A stretch of 51,290 nt of DNA from an uncultured Actinomyces sp. (GTDB lineage Bacteria > Actinomycetota > Actinomycetes > Actinomycetales > Actinomycetaceae), in assembly GCA_938030835.1 (NCBI GenBank), contig CALHID010000243.1:1-51290 (forward strand). The letters are read 5' to 3'. The notes under the pieces were generated by a model. It did not search any database. It was not told the DNA's origin and saw only the letters and a program-made list of their open reading frames with translations. Both the position numbers and the translations under genes were made by a program. Positions 7,879-18,217 of the stretch are shown in pieces. How positions within the stretch are numbered: the stretch's first letter is position 1; each line of letters opens with the position of its first letter.

Positions 7879-8216
7879 TGAATCTTGAAGAATTGACTAA
7901 GATGTATAGCGACGCTTGTATGCGCGCGGTGGAAGATGCTATCCATGAGCTTACTAACAAGTGGGACAGTAAGGTAGTTGACCTGTTGAACGCGGGTGAG
8001 TACCATATCTGTGCTGAGTTGTACGGGGATAGTCTGAGTATTCTCGCCTATATTGGCAAAGACGGCTACTACGGGTATGAGCGCTATCTTAACTCTGACA
8101 TGCAACGCGACGTTCAAGAAGTGTTCGACAAGCTAGGGGCACAAGTTGTTCTCAACGCAATGGTTTACTGCGGCTGGGAAGAAACTACACAGACGATTAC
8201 ATGGGGGATTAAGTAA
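7878..8216 (+). CDS. Hypothetical protein
   Basis: GGAGG RBS, TAATG coupling. Confidence 0.75.
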   Translation: MNLEELTKMYSDACMRAVEDAIHELTNKWDSKVVDLLNAGEYHICAELYGDSLSILAYIGKDGYYGYERYLNSDMQRDVQEVFDKLGAQVVLNAMVYCGWEETTQTITWGIK

Positions 8217-9632
8217 ATGACTTTCTCGCCGCGCCACTACCAGGAACGTGTACTGGAAGGACTGGCAAACAGCAAAACGCCGTACACGGGCCTGGTAGGC
8301 GCGGGCCTTGGTACGGGCAAGACGGCAATGAGCGTGTGGAACGCGCTTAACGCTTTCGGTGAGCGTATCGGGGAACAGATTATCCTCGTTGTCGCCCCTG
8401 TCCGTACTGAGAGTGGTTGGCGCTCGCACTGGAAGACGCTCGCGGGCCTTGATATGCGTACACTGTCAGGCAAGAAAACCAAGGACGCGCTCGCGGTATG
8501 GTCCGACCTTGAAGCCCGCGTGCCCGGTGTCTACTTTATTACCTGGGAGCTTATGCGGTCCCGCAATAAGGAAAAGCGCTGGGACGGGCGCGCAAAGCGT
8601 TACGTCTTCAAGTCCATGCCTAAGCCGTTCTACAGTGTCAATTTCGGCATGGTTATTGCGGATGAATGGCATCGTGCGTGCAACCACTCGTCGCTCAACT
8701 TTGACGTTGCTCGACACATTCAGGCACAGTACCGCCTTGCCCTGAGTGCGACACCCGCTGGGAATAAGCCGTGCAATATCTGGGCCGCGCTCAAGTTTCT
8801 TTGGCCTAACCATTACGGCGGTTACTGGGACTTTTGTGCCAAGTTCTTCAAGGAAGAGTCCAACCCGTTCAGTTCTTTCGGGAAGACTTACACGGGAGAG
8901 CGCTCGCCGGGTATGGTCCGTCGTGGAGCGCCCTCGTACCATGAAGTCTCACAGGCTGAAGCTAACCCTGAGCTTCCAGGCGTGATTATTCACCGTGTGG
9001 AAGTGGAACTGTCCCGCGAACAGCGCAAACTGTACGCTCAGCTTGAAAAAGACGCGCTTACGTACCTGGACGACAAGCCGCTTGCACTGTCTATCCCGAT
9101 GGAACTTGACTTGCGTCTGCGACAGATGACGCTGGGAGTCCCCTCGTTCAACGAGGACGGGACTGTCGATTACAAGGAAGATTGTAAGTCTTCCAAGCTG
9201 GATGCAATGATGGATATTATTGCGGACCTGCCTGAAGATGAGCCTGTCGTCGTGTGGGTGCATAGTCAGAAGTTCATTAAGGCCGTGCTACACCGTCTGC
9301 GCAAGGCTGGTATCTCGTGCATTGAAGTCTCTGGTAAGTCTCGCGGGGACTTCCACGCAATGATTGACGGGGACGTGCGTGTCATTGTCGCGCAGCACGA
9401 GGCCATGAGCGAGGGAGTTGACGGACTTCAGCGGGTGTGCCATACTGAGATTTGGCTGAGTCAGTCTAACAGCCTTGTGATTAACGAACAGGCAACAGGC
9501 AGGCTCAACCGACAGGGGCAGTCTACGGCTGTCAACAGGTTCCTCATTCAGGCGACTAACACGGTGGATGATCGTGTGCTGGGACGCTTGCAGGAACGTT
9601 TCGACAGGCTCAAGGCATCCGGCCTTATCTGA
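8217..9632 (+). CDS. SF2 (SNF2-like) DNA helicase
   Basis: GLGTGKT Walker A, DEWH, LSATP motif III, QATGRLNRQGQ motif VI. Confidence 0.9.
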   Translation: MTFSPRHYQERVLEGLANSKTPYTGLVGAGLGTGKTAMSVWNALNAFGERIGEQIILVVAPVRTESGWRSHWKTLAGLDMRTLSGKKTKDALAVWSDLEARVPGVYFITWELMRSRNKEKRWDGRAKRYVFKSMPKPFYSVNFGMVIADEWHRACNHSSLNFDVARHIQAQYRLALSATPAGNKPCNIWAALKFLWPNHYGGYWDFCAKFFKEESNPFSSFGKTYTGERSPGMVRRGAPSYHEVSQAEANPELPGVIIHRVEVELSREQRKLYAQLEKDALTYLDDKPLALSIPMELDLRLRQMTLGVPSFNEDGTVDYKEDCKSSKLDAMMDIIADLPEDEPVVVWVHSQKFIKAVLHRLRKAGISCIEVSGKSRGDFHAMIDGDVRVIVAQHEAMSEGVDGLQRVCHTEIWLSQSNSLVINEQATGRLNRQGQSTAVNRFLIQATNTVDDRVLGRLQERFDRLKASGLI

Positions 9633-9667
9633 AAACAAACAACAAACCAACTGAAGGGAGACATACC

Positions 9668-9877
9668 ATGTCTGACAACAACCGTAACTTTGATGTTTCT
9701 TCGACCGTCTACTTTATTTTCTGTATCCTGTTCGCCGTAACAGGTATCTGGTTCCCCGCTGCGTTCATGTGGGTTGTCTGGGCTTTCGTGGGATACGTTG
9801 CCCTAATGGTTATTGTGGCAGTCATTGCACTTATTGTTGCAGCTGTCATGGTCCACAAGGCAAGTAAGTGGTTCTGA
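9668..9877 (+). CDS. Small membrane protein
   Basis: Two hydrophobic segments; RBS. Confidence 0.7.
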   Translation: MSDNNRNFDVSSTVYFIFCILFAVTGIWFPAAFMWVVWAFVGYVALMVIVAVIALIVAAVMVHKASKWF

Positions 9878-9880
9878 GCC

Positions 9881-10288
9881 ATGCAGATTATCCAGCTCAA
9901 CCACAAGACGGTTGCCAACCTCCTGAAGAAGTCAGTAGAAGAACACTGGCTTGAAGACAAGGATGCCTATATCCGCTTCACGGATGGGAGCACTGTGTGT
10001 ATTCACGTGCTTAACCCTAAATGGGAGACTTACGTGTCACTGAACGAGCGTACGGAAAAGGAAAGCACCACCAATGGTGTGTCGTTTACCGACGAACAGG
10101 AGATTCACCTGTGGTACCCAAGCACGGGCGAAGAGCGTTTATTCACGTCGCGTACCGTGATGATTGGTTTTGACTTCGTGGGCTACTATGTGACTGACAG
10201 GCTTAACTATCCAACTCGACAGTATGTTCCTATCGTTGAGTTCCACTACTACGAAAAGGGAGAAGACATTGCCCGTAACGATTCGTGA
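9881..10288 (+). CDS. Hypothetical protein
   Basis: ORF in operon. Confidence 0.7.
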   Translation: MQIIQLNHKTVANLLKKSVEEHWLEDKDAYIRFTDGSTVCIHVLNPKWETYVSLNERTEKESTTNGVSFTDEQEIHLWYPSTGEERLFTSRTVMIGFDFVGYYVTDRLNYPTRQYVPIVEFHYYEKGEDIARNDS

Positions 10289-10952
10289 CATTTACGCACC
10301 CCCGTTGGGCTTTGGGTGGGAGAATCTTCCCACCCGATACGTCAAGCGACAGTACCTTGACATTGAAGACGGGCTTGTCACTACGCCTAGCGGCGCAGTC
10401 CTGGGTACTGGCACGCTGCCTAACGGACGGCTTGCCCTGCTCAACGACAGGGGCACCGTGTGCGCTCAGTGGTGGTCCGCTAAAGATGAGATGGTTGTCA
10501 TTGACCCGTTCGACAACCGTGTGTTTATCATGCCTTCCGTCGATGACCTGAAGTGCAATGCGCGGGAGATGACCTCGGCACAGATCGACATTCAGGCCGC
10601 GCGCCCACTAGACCTGTCGATCATGTGGACTGACCCTGTTGCAGGTGAGTGTGGTTTTGACCGGGACGATCTCTCGATTGGTGAGCACCACTACTACACT
10701 GACCGTCTGAACGGTACTGTTCTCCTAGGTCTCGTGGAAGACGCAGACGGCAACTACGTGGTGTCTCGTAACTCGGTGCTGTGTCGTCTGCTGCGGTACG
10801 TGGACGGTGATCGTTTCGCCTTCAGTGACTACCGTAAGAAGGCTATTCCGGGACTGCTGAATGATAACGGTGGTCTGTCGGACTTTGCCCGTAAGGTGCT
10901 GCTGTGGGCTAATAATCTGACTGATGAACAGCGGGAGATTCTTTCTCGATGA
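10269..10952 (+). CDS. Hypothetical protein
   Basis: Probable TTG start after AAGGGAG. Confidence 0.7.
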   Translation: MPVTIRDIYAPPLGFGWENLPTRYVKRQYLDIEDGLVTTPSGAVLGTGTLPNGRLALLNDRGTVCAQWWSAKDEMVVIDPFDNRVFIMPSVDDLKCNAREMTSAQIDIQAARPLDLSIMWTDPVAGECGFDRDDLSIGEHHYYTDRLNGTVLLGLVEDADGNYVVSRNSVLCRLLRYVDGDRFAFSDYRKKAIPGLLNDNGGLSDFARKVLLWANNLTDEQREILSR

Positions 10953-11356
10953 GAGAGTACATCAAGGCAGCGCGGGATGAGGCCGCTAAGTCACGGTGCG
11001 ACCGTGCCCATGTGGGTTGCGTGATCGTTGATCGTGCGACAGGTCAGGTGGTGTCGAGCGCGTTCAACGAGACACCGCACGGCCTTGAGCCGTGCGACAC
11101 GGGCGGGCACCGGATTGTGGACAACCACTGTGTGAACACTGTTCACGCGGAACGTAACGCGATTAGGAAGATGACAGAACACGGGAGCGAGTACACGCTT
11201 TACGTGACTCACTACCCATGCCAGGGTTGTGCTCACCTTATCTCGACTTGCCCTGAGATCGTGGAGGTCGTCTATCTGGGTGACTACCGTAATTCGAGCG
11301 AGGCGACTGCCCTCCTGAGCGGCCTGTCGAAGGGTGTTCATCGTGGGAAAGAATAA
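10949..11356 (+). CDS. dCMP deaminase family protein
   Basis: HAE and PCxxC zinc motifs; SRCDRAHVGCVIV N-terminus. Confidence 0.9.
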   Translation: MREYIKAARDEAAKSRCDRAHVGCVIVDRATGQVVSSAFNETPHGLEPCDTGGHRIVDNHCVNTVHAERNAIRKMTEHGSEYTLYVTHYPCQGCAHLISTCPEIVEVVYLGDYRNSSEATALLSGLSKGVHRGKE

Positions 11357-11630
11357 GCTGGTCCTTCAGGTTCCACCCAATTTTATGTTTACCGACATTG
11401 AGCGGGACAAGATTAGTAAGACACGATGGGAGGTTAATTCTGGCTCGAATAAGATCATGCGCCGCACTTCGTGTATCCCGCTCTTCGGGACACGTGAGAT
11501 GTGGAAGATCATTGAGGAAGGCGACTTTTTGGTACTCATCGAGTCGCCACTAGATGACCTTCACTACTATGCGTGGAACCTTCATGTCATGAAGGAAGAG
11601 CAATACAAGGAGTGGACGAAGAATGAGTGA
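11334..11630 (+). CDS. Hypothetical protein
   Basis: ORF in operon. Confidence 0.6.
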   Translation: MFIVGKNKLVLQVPPNFMFTDIERDKISKTRWEVNSGSNKIMRRTSCIPLFGTREMWKIIEEGDFLVLIESPLDDLHYYAWNLHVMKEEQYKEWTKNE

Positions 11631-12327
11631 AATCTACGACAACATTATCCGGGAGCTGACTAAGCCTTCTGAGCGTGACAAGCAACGTAAGGTTGGCCCG
11701 TCTGAACTGGGAGACATGTGTGAGCGTTGCTTGGCAGAAAAGCTGCTGGGAGTCCACCAGGAGGAAAAGACGTATCCTCTGGCCCCGATGATTGGTACGG
11801 CCTTCCACCTGTACTTAGAGAACACGATTGGCCTTGAAGGGTACCTGAAGGAAACAAAGGTAACAGTTGGCGAGATTGAAGGGTATGGGGGGATTCGTGG
11901 GACTGCTGACGGGTTTGATCTTAGGAGCGGACATGTTGTTGATTACAAGGTCTTGTCGAAGAAGAAGATCAAGGCTTTTTCGTCTGCAACGTTCTTCGAT
12001 GAGGACCGCAACCCTGAGTTCTATTCGGACTCGATGACCGAAGGCCAGCTCAAAAAATACTATTACCAGATGCAGTTGTATGGTCTGGGCATGGAGAACG
12101 CTGGGTATGAGGTAAATCACACTTCCCTGATTTTGTTTCCCAGGGATGCTACGATAGAATCTGTCACAACGGCAACTCACGAGTTGTGCTTCAAGTACAA
12201 CCGAGAAGCCGCCCTGGCTGTCCTGGAACGTGCCAACGAGATTTTCAAGTGGGCCACCAACAACCCGGACAACCTGGAAGAACTCGACAGCCATTCCGGC
12301 TGTTATTTCTGCGCTTTCAAGCGCTAA
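11623..12327 (+). CDS. Cas4-like PD-(D/E)xK exonuclease
   Basis: GPSELG..CERC, GTAFH, GTAD..VVDYK, QMQLYG, C-terminal CYFC. Confidence 0.85.
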   Translation: MSEIYDNIIRELTKPSERDKQRKVGPSELGDMCERCLAEKLLGVHQEEKTYPLAPMIGTAFHLYLENTIGLEGYLKETKVTVGEIEGYGGIRGTADGFDLRSGHVVDYKVLSKKKIKAFSSATFFDEDRNPEFYSDSMTEGQLKKYYYQMQLYGLGMENAGYEVNHTSLILFPRDATIESVTTATHELCFKYNREAALAVLERANEIFKWATNNPDNLEELDSHSGCYFCAFKR

Positions 12328-12341
12328 AAGAAAGGAGAAAC

Positions 12342-13124
12342 ATGGGAAAGTTCGACTCGTTCCTCAAGGGAATCGATATCGAAGTGTCTGACCCCCGTAT
12401 CACCACCCCTAAGATCAAGATGCTGATCTACGGCATGTCGGGAACCGGGAAGACTTCGCTCGCAGTTTCGGCCTCAAAGGTTGAAGAGCTGGGGCCGGTC
12501 CTCTACATTGACTTGGAGCGCGGTACCGCACCGGCTGCCAAGTACGGCGACCTGGACAATATGCTTGTCGTCCAGCCAGCGACCTACCAGAAGTTTGCTG
12601 AACTCCTTGTCGAGATTAGCAAGAAGAAGGACATGCCGTTCAAGACTATCGTCATCGATACGGTTGACCGGCTTCAGGAGCTTATCAAGTTCCACTTCAA
12701 GGCCACGAAACCCAATGACAGCTTTGCCATGTGGGATGCTACCTACGAGAAGATCATTGATCTGGTCAACAAGATCAGTTTCGACATGGGCCTGAACATC
12801 ATCTGCATCACGCACGAGGCGCGCGAAGTGAACGATGTGTCCCGACTGTCGCTGATTGGCCCCTCGTTTGAGGGCAAGCAGAGCTTCAAGAAGCTGCCCG
12901 GAATCTTCGACGTTATCGCCCGTATGACGTGGGAGGACGTGGGAGACGATGACAATGAAGAGCTGGTCACAGTCATGACTGTCCGGTCTTCGTCTGAAGT
13001 GCTGGCAAAGACGCGATTCGACCCGATGCCGTCCATGTCTGGAAACACGACAATGGAGAAGATCATGGGTTGGGTCCATGAGCATTGTGAAACACAGGGA
13101 GTAAAGGAAGAAAATGACGACTAG
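12342..13124 (+). CDS. Sak4/AAA_24-like P-loop recombination ATPase
   Basis: LIYGMSGTGKT, IDLERG, TIVIDT; lies between the exonuclease and SSB. Confidence 0.85.
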   Translation: MGKFDSFLKGIDIEVSDPRITTPKIKMLIYGMSGTGKTSLAVSASKVEELGPVLYIDLERGTAPAAKYGDLDNMLVVQPATYQKFAELLVEISKKKDMPFKTIVIDTVDRLQELIKFHFKATKPNDSFAMWDATYEKIIDLVNKISFDMGLNIICITHEAREVNDVSRLSLIGPSFEGKQSFKKLPGIFDVIARMTWEDVGDDDNEELVTVMTVRSSSEVLAKTRFDPMPSMSGNTTMEKIMGWVHEHCETQGVKEENDD

Positions 13125-13305
13125 GTACCTCTCTATTAATGATGCGTCTGAGCGCACGGGGGTTGGTCGAACGACCATCCTGTACCGCATCAACACCGGG
13201 AAGTTCCCACAACCCGACGCAATCGTTACTTACAAGCGAACTGCCGCCCTCGGGTGGCTACCTGAAACCATCGAAGATTACAACACTGACAAGAAGGAGA
13301 ACTGA
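13114..13305 (+). CDS. AlpA/excisionase-like HTH protein
   Basis: YLSINDASERTGVGRTTILYRINTGKFPQP...GW. Confidence 0.75.
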   Translation: MTTRYLSINDASERTGVGRTTILYRINTGKFPQPDAIVTYKRTAALGWLPETIEDYNTDKKEN

Positions 13306-13307
13306 CC

Positions 13308-13772
13308 ATGATTAACTTTGACGAGCTTATGAACCTGGACGTTGCCGAGTCCCTTAGCTTTGAGCCGCTGCCCGAGGGTCAGTACAAGGTGACTGTCGAT
13401 GCCTGTGAGCTTGGAGAGTCCAAGGCTGGCAAGCCTATGTACACGGTGGACTTCGTTGTCACCGAGGGCGACCACGCATCCCGACAGATTCGTTACTGGC
13501 TGGTGCTTCAGACAAAGAAGGGTCTCCACTGGGACCTCCCAGCCTTCTGCAATGCATCTGGTAACGCCTGGCCTGAAGAGCCAACCGCTCGTACTGGTGA
13601 GTACTACTACCAGGTCGAACGAGACATCGTTGGTAAGACCGCAACGATCACTGTCGATGTCGAAGACAGCGAATACAATGGGCAGGTCAGCAAGCGCAAC
13701 AACATCAAGAAGGTTGAGTGGGACGAGGCCAAGACCAAGAAGAAGTCTAAGGCCAGCCGTATCGAGCTGTGA
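13308..13772 (+). CDS. DUF669-like single-stranded DNA-binding protein
   Basis: FEPLPEGQYKVTV...ESKAGKPM pattern; position after the Sak4-like gene. Confidence 0.75.
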   Translation: MINFDELMNLDVAESLSFEPLPEGQYKVTVDACELGESKAGKPMYTVDFVVTEGDHASRQIRYWLVLQTKKGLHWDLPAFCNASGNAWPEEPTARTGEYYYQVERDIVGKTATITVDVEDSEYNGQVSKRNNIKKVEWDEAKTKKKSKASRIEL

Positions 13773-13823
13773 CCATCTTCGGCGGGCCGTATCTTGACAC
13801 CAGGGTACGGCCCGCCGTACTAT
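13768..13823 (+). promoter_or_regulatory. Primase promoter within a 12-bp inverted repeat, with CRP half-site
   Basis: TGTGA-N6-TCGGC, 10 nt, TTGACA-18-TACTAT; IR 13780-13791/13806-13817. Confidence 0.7.
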
Positions 13824-13844
13824 ATACAAGCAGAAAGGAGAGCA

Positions 13845-16160
13845 ATGAACCTTAAAGAGTTCTTCCAAGCAGTCCTCCCAGACGGTGAAGGCTGGACACC
13901 AATCATCCTCAAGGGGCCGATGGGCGGTCTGACTAACTTCCGCTGGTTTGAGCTGCCAGCGCAGCTTGATAAAATGGTGGCATACGCCGAGGCTAACGCT
14001 GATCTGGACGTGTACTACTCTCCCTTCCTTTACACCAAGCCCCCGGCCCTGTCGAACACGAGGCACGCAGCCAAGGATAACGTGACCAAGGCAGCGTGCG
14101 TCTGGGCAGACGGTGATGACTGCCCTACCGACAAGCTCCGCATCCAGCCTACAATCACTGTTCAGACCAGCGAGAAGCACTGGCAGGGATACTGGCTACT
14201 CGAAGACGCAGGCGACCTGTCCAACGACATGCTCGAAGCCCTCTCACGAGGACTCTACGAAGCACACAAGAACGACGGAATGGACCGAGGCTGGCCCCTG
14301 TCGAAGAAGCTGCGCGTCCCATTCACGCATAACCTCAAGAAGGTGAAGCCCTGGGAGATCACACTTGAAGTGAACGACGAGCCTATCACCGCAGCAGAGT
14401 TCGCGGCTGAGTACCCCCCTGTCGAACGCATGGGCATTGAGGAAGAAGACTTCCCCACCGACATCCCCAGCATGTTTGAGGTGTTGGGCATGGTGAACCG
14501 TAGCTACATCACGGACCTTGCTACGGACGACACCTTCAATGATGACGAGGACCGTAGCTCGAAGATGTACCATCTTCAGTGTGCCCTCTGGGAAGAAGGT
14601 TGTTCAATTGTTGAAGCCTTCGCAGTCGTGCGTGCCACCGAGTTCAACAAGTTCGAGGCAGACGGACGCGGCGACGGATACCTCTGGAAACAGATCAACC
14701 GTGACTATGCGCGTTGGAAGTCTGAGCATGAAGGCCCCACGGAAAATGATCTTGAGGCGACAACTCGTATCGGCTCGTCCTACCTCCTGAGTGAAGCACG
14801 CGAACTCACCTTGCAGGACGTGAACTTCCTGCATGAGAACGAGGAAGAACCGATGGGCCTGTTTGTCGATCAGTTTGCGGCATGGGCATCGACTAAATCA
14901 GCGATGGCACCTAAGCAGTTCCACTATGCGGGCGCTCTCGCTATCTTGTCGTCCATGTTTGCCAAGTATGCGTTTTTGCCGACCAACGTGCAGAAGATGC
15001 CACTGAATCTGTACTTCCTGGTTCTGGGACGTACTACTCAGTCGCGTAAGTCAACGTCACTTCGCCTCGCTGAGTCCATGATGCGAGACGTGGCTGTCGG
15101 CATCGGCAAGGGGCCTGACGCTTTCATTGCACCGGAAGACTCGACAGGTGAAGCACTGTCTGCATACCTGCGTACCAAGCCGAAGGAGTCGGGTCTGTTC
15201 GCTATTGACGAGGTGCAGGACTTCTTTGCACACGCTGCCCAGAAGGGGAGCTATATGGCATCTATGATGCCATTCCTCACCAAGTCTTACGACGGCTACA
15301 TCCCCGCTGTCGCACGTAAAGACAAGGGAGGCAAGGTTGCGTACCAGACTGCGACCCCGTACTATATGACGTTCTACGGGACGGGCATCTTGGACCAGGC
15401 CGCGAAGCACCTGACGACAGAAAAGGTGGAGTCCGGCTTCACGCCCCGCTGTCTCGTCGTCATCGACGACCGAGACAAATACATCACGTCCTCTCAGGAC
15501 GTGAAGCTCGTGCAGGTGAGTGCATCGACAGGCAAGATTGAGGACAAGCAGCGTGACTTCATGTTGTCGAATCTCATCAAGTCGGTCGCTAAGTTCGACG
15601 CGCAATTCAGCACACGTCAAGCAGCACGGATGCCTAACGAGGAAGTCCGCAACCCTATCGAGTTCGAGCCTGGCGTGTTCGAGCGTTGGATTGACTTCTC
15701 AGAAGAGGCGAAGGTTCTTGCTGAACGACACATGCTGAACAGCCGTGAGCTATTCCCTGGCACTGAGCGTATGACGTTCTCGGTGCTCCGTATCGCGGCT
15801 CTGCTTGCCATGTATAACGGCCCTAACTCGAAGGGTACTGTCGTTGTCTCAATGCGGGAAATGCTCAAGGCTATCTCGCTTGCGTCCATCTGGCTGTCTT
15901 CTAACGAGGTGTTCATTCACCACGTGAAGAACAGCAACTTCAGCAACAAGGTGGACAAGCTCATTAACTTTGTTGCGCGCACCGACAACGGCATGGTTTC
16001 GATTCCGAAACTCATGTTGAAGTTCCAGTCAGAAATCAGTGGTATGCGCGAACTGAAGGAGATTATCACATACGCCCAGGCACGCGGAACAATCCGTGAA
16101 GTCATTAAGGGCAAATCGAATAATGAACGGTTCATTGAATACATAGGAGGCCAGGTATGA
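13845..16160 (+). CDS. RepB-like primase fused to a P-loop helicase-like (DUF3987-type) domain
   Basis: VWADGD, QTSEKHWQGYW, LRVPFTHN primase motifs; GRTTQSRKST and IDE motifs. Confidence 0.8.
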   Translation: MNLKEFFQAVLPDGEGWTPIILKGPMGGLTNFRWFELPAQLDKMVAYAEANADLDVYYSPFLYTKPPALSNTRHAAKDNVTKAACVWADGDDCPTDKLRIQPTITVQTSEKHWQGYWLLEDAGDLSNDMLEALSRGLYEAHKNDGMDRGWPLSKKLRVPFTHNLKKVKPWEITLEVNDEPITAAEFAAEYPPVERMGIEEEDFPTDIPSMFEVLGMVNRSYITDLATDDTFNDDEDRSSKMYHLQCALWEEGCSIVEAFAVVRATEFNKFEADGRGDGYLWKQINRDYARWKSEHEGPTENDLEATTRIGSSYLLSEARELTLQDVNFLHENEEEPMGLFVDQFAAWASTKSAMAPKQFHYAGALAILSSMFAKYAFLPTNVQKMPLNLYFLVLGRTTQSRKSTSLRLAESMMRDVAVGIGKGPDAFIAPEDSTGEALSAYLRTKPKESGLFAIDEVQDFFAHAAQKGSYMASMMPFLTKSYDGYIPAVARKDKGGKVAYQTATPYYMTFYGTGILDQAAKHLTTEKVESGFTPRCLVVIDDRDKYITSSQDVKLVQVSASTGKIEDKQRDFMLSNLIKSVAKFDAQFSTRQAARMPNEEVRNPIEFEPGVFERWIDFSEEAKVLAERHMLNSRELFPGTERMTFSVLRIAALLAMYNGPNSKGTVVVSMREMLKAISLASIWLSSNEVFIHHVKNSNFSNKVDKLINFVARTDNGMVSIPKLMLKFQSEISGMRELKEIITYAQARGTIREVIKGKSNNERFIEYIGGQV

Positions 16161-18217
16161 AAGTCTTAACTGAAAATATTGACAAGCTGCCCGTTCTTGC
16201 AACAATTCTACTCAAGCGTGCAAGGACGGTGGCTGGTCTGCCAGAAGATGTGACTGTCGAACTCACCGACGACCCCACCGAAGAAGGCATCGACATCACC
16301 CTCGGAACGGTCAAGGGCTACAAGGGTGATGCCTTCAAGTCGCTTTCTCCAAAGCAGATTGTGACTCATCCGCAGGCTATTCTGTTCCTCGCTCAAGCGT
16401 TCCAGTACGCCTTCCTCGGTCCTGTTGACCCCGGCCTGGAACTTGGCAAGGCGTACTGGGTCATCTGGGAGGGGCAGGACATCGAGTTCAAGCCTGGCAC
16501 CTTGATTGCTCTCGATATCGAATCGGCGGGCAACATTGAGGAAGACACCTTTGCGGCTGGCCGTATCCTGTCTATTGCCCTGTGGAATGGCAAGTTCGGT
16601 GTCGTTATCCCAGAAGAACTTGCTGAGACCGACAAGGCAGCAGAACTTATCAAGCGACTGTGCGACACCTGCACTGTCATTGCCCATAACGGTACGTTCG
16701 ACATGCCCTACCTGTCGAAGCGACTAGGCATCCGCGTGTACCATCACGAGGACACGTTGCTCATGCACTTCGTGCTCGACAACCTGGCTGGTGAGCATGG
16801 CTTGAAGCCTCTCGCTCGTCGCTGGTTGCGCGCTGAAGACTGGGACTCGGATGCTAAGTCTTACCTGAAGGGTGGGGCGTACTTCGAGAACATTCCCAGG
16901 GAAAAGCTCTACGAGTACAACTTGGCAGACGTGGTGTGGACCTTCAAGCTGTACGAGTACTTCCTTCCCATGCTTAAAAACAGCGGAAAGTACGACTACT
17001 ATCGCTACCGTATGCAGGTCACGAAGGTTCTGAACGACGTGCAGATGAACGGTGTGGCCGTGTCGCTCGAAGCACTCGATGAGCTGGAAGAAAAGTACAA
17101 GCGTCAGTGTGACGAGAACCTTGTGACACTGCGTGAGCACGCGGGCGAGGACTTCAACCCACAGTCCCCTAAGCAGATCAAGGACTACTTCACGTCCAAG
17201 GGCGTGTCATCTCCCTCGTTCGACTCGGACCACCTGAAGAAGCTGAAGCGTGAAGGTAAGGAAGTGGAGTTTATCGACGCTCTGCTCGCCTACCGTTACG
17301 CCGCTAAGGTGATTGGCTCGTTCATTGCTAACGTACGCCGTAAGGTTGGTGAAGACGGGCGTATTCACCCGTACTACCTGCCTCATGGTGCGAAGACGGG
17401 TCGCCTGTCTGCTAAGGGTCCGGCGATTCAGACGATGGGGCGCGACAGTGGTATCAAGCGTGCCCTTGTCGCTGAGCCTGGCTGCAAGATCATCTCGTGC
17501 GACTACTCTCAGGCAGAGCTGCGCACTGTCGCTGAGCTTGCGGACGACGAGGCCATGATTGCGGCCTTCCAGCCGGGCGCGCCTGACTTCTTCGATGACC
17601 TGATGACGAAAATCTGGCCTGAAGAGTTCCCGACAATCGAAGCGTATGAGGCATACAAGCATGAACAGCCAAAGACTGCTAAGAACCGACGCGCACTAGT
17701 CAAGAGTGTGGTGTACGGCCTCAACTACGGTCGTGGCGTGGTTGCTATTGCGACAGCCCTTGAACAGCCAATCGAAGTTGCACAACACGTTGTCGATCAA
17801 TACCTGGGTGCCTACCCAGGACTTCGAGACTGGCAGGCACGAGTACGCCACAGTGTCGGACGCAAGGAAGAGGACAACGAACGTAAAACCAAGTTCGCCC
17901 TCACCTTCAACCCCCTGTTCGTGTCGGACAGCAACTACAGTTCGACACAGAACGAGGCATTGGCCTTTGTTCCACAGTCCACAGCTAATGACATCTGCCT
18001 CAACGCGGCGATCAAGATCAACGAACAAGTAGGACAATACGGTGCTAAGCTGATTGGCCTCGTTCACGACGCAACCTACGTCGAGTGCCCAGAAGAAACC
18101 ATCGAAGAGTGCTCGAAGATGATGGAGCGCGAAATGGCTCAGGCAGCGACCCTCGTGTTCAACCGCGTACCGTTTGCCGCTGAAGCAGAAGTCGGCAACA
18201 ACTGGGAGGAAGTGTGA
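16157..18217 (+). CDS. polA: Family A DNA polymerase with 3'-5' exonuclease
   Basis: DIES, HNGTFD, YNLAD exonuclease motifs; TGRLS, DYSQAELR, KSVVYGLNYG, VHD. Confidence 0.95.
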   Translation: MKVLTENIDKLPVLATILLKRARTVAGLPEDVTVELTDDPTEEGIDITLGTVKGYKGDAFKSLSPKQIVTHPQAILFLAQAFQYAFLGPVDPGLELGKAYWVIWEGQDIEFKPGTLIALDIESAGNIEEDTFAAGRILSIALWNGKFGVVIPEELAETDKAAELIKRLCDTCTVIAHNGTFDMPYLSKRLGIRVYHHEDTLLMHFVLDNLAGEHGLKPLARRWLRAEDWDSDAKSYLKGGAYFENIPREKLYEYNLADVVWTFKLYEYFLPMLKNSGKYDYYRYRMQVTKVLNDVQMNGVAVSLEALDELEEKYKRQCDENLVTLREHAGEDFNPQSPKQIKDYFTSKGVSSPSFDSDHLKKLKREGKEVEFIDALLAYRYAAKVIGSFIANVRRKVGEDGRIHPYYLPHGAKTGRLSAKGPAIQTMGRDSGIKRALVAEPGCKIISCDYSQAELRTVAELADDEAMIAAFQPGAPDFFDDLMTKIWPEEFPTIEAYEAYKHEQPKTAKNRRALVKSVVYGLNYGRGVVAIATALEQPIEVAQHVVDQYLGAYPGLRDWQARVRHSVGRKEEDNERKTKFALTFNPLFVSDSNYSSTQNEALAFVPQSTANDICLNAAIKINEQVGQYGAKLIGLVHDATYVECPEETIEECSKMMEREMAQAATLVFNRVPFAAEAEVGNNWEEV

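Noticed and set aside
13114..13305. AlpA-like and KilA-C (40135-40440) genes as proof of lysogeny
   Set aside because: No integrase, ParA or CI-like repressor recognised; both families also occur outside lysogeny modules
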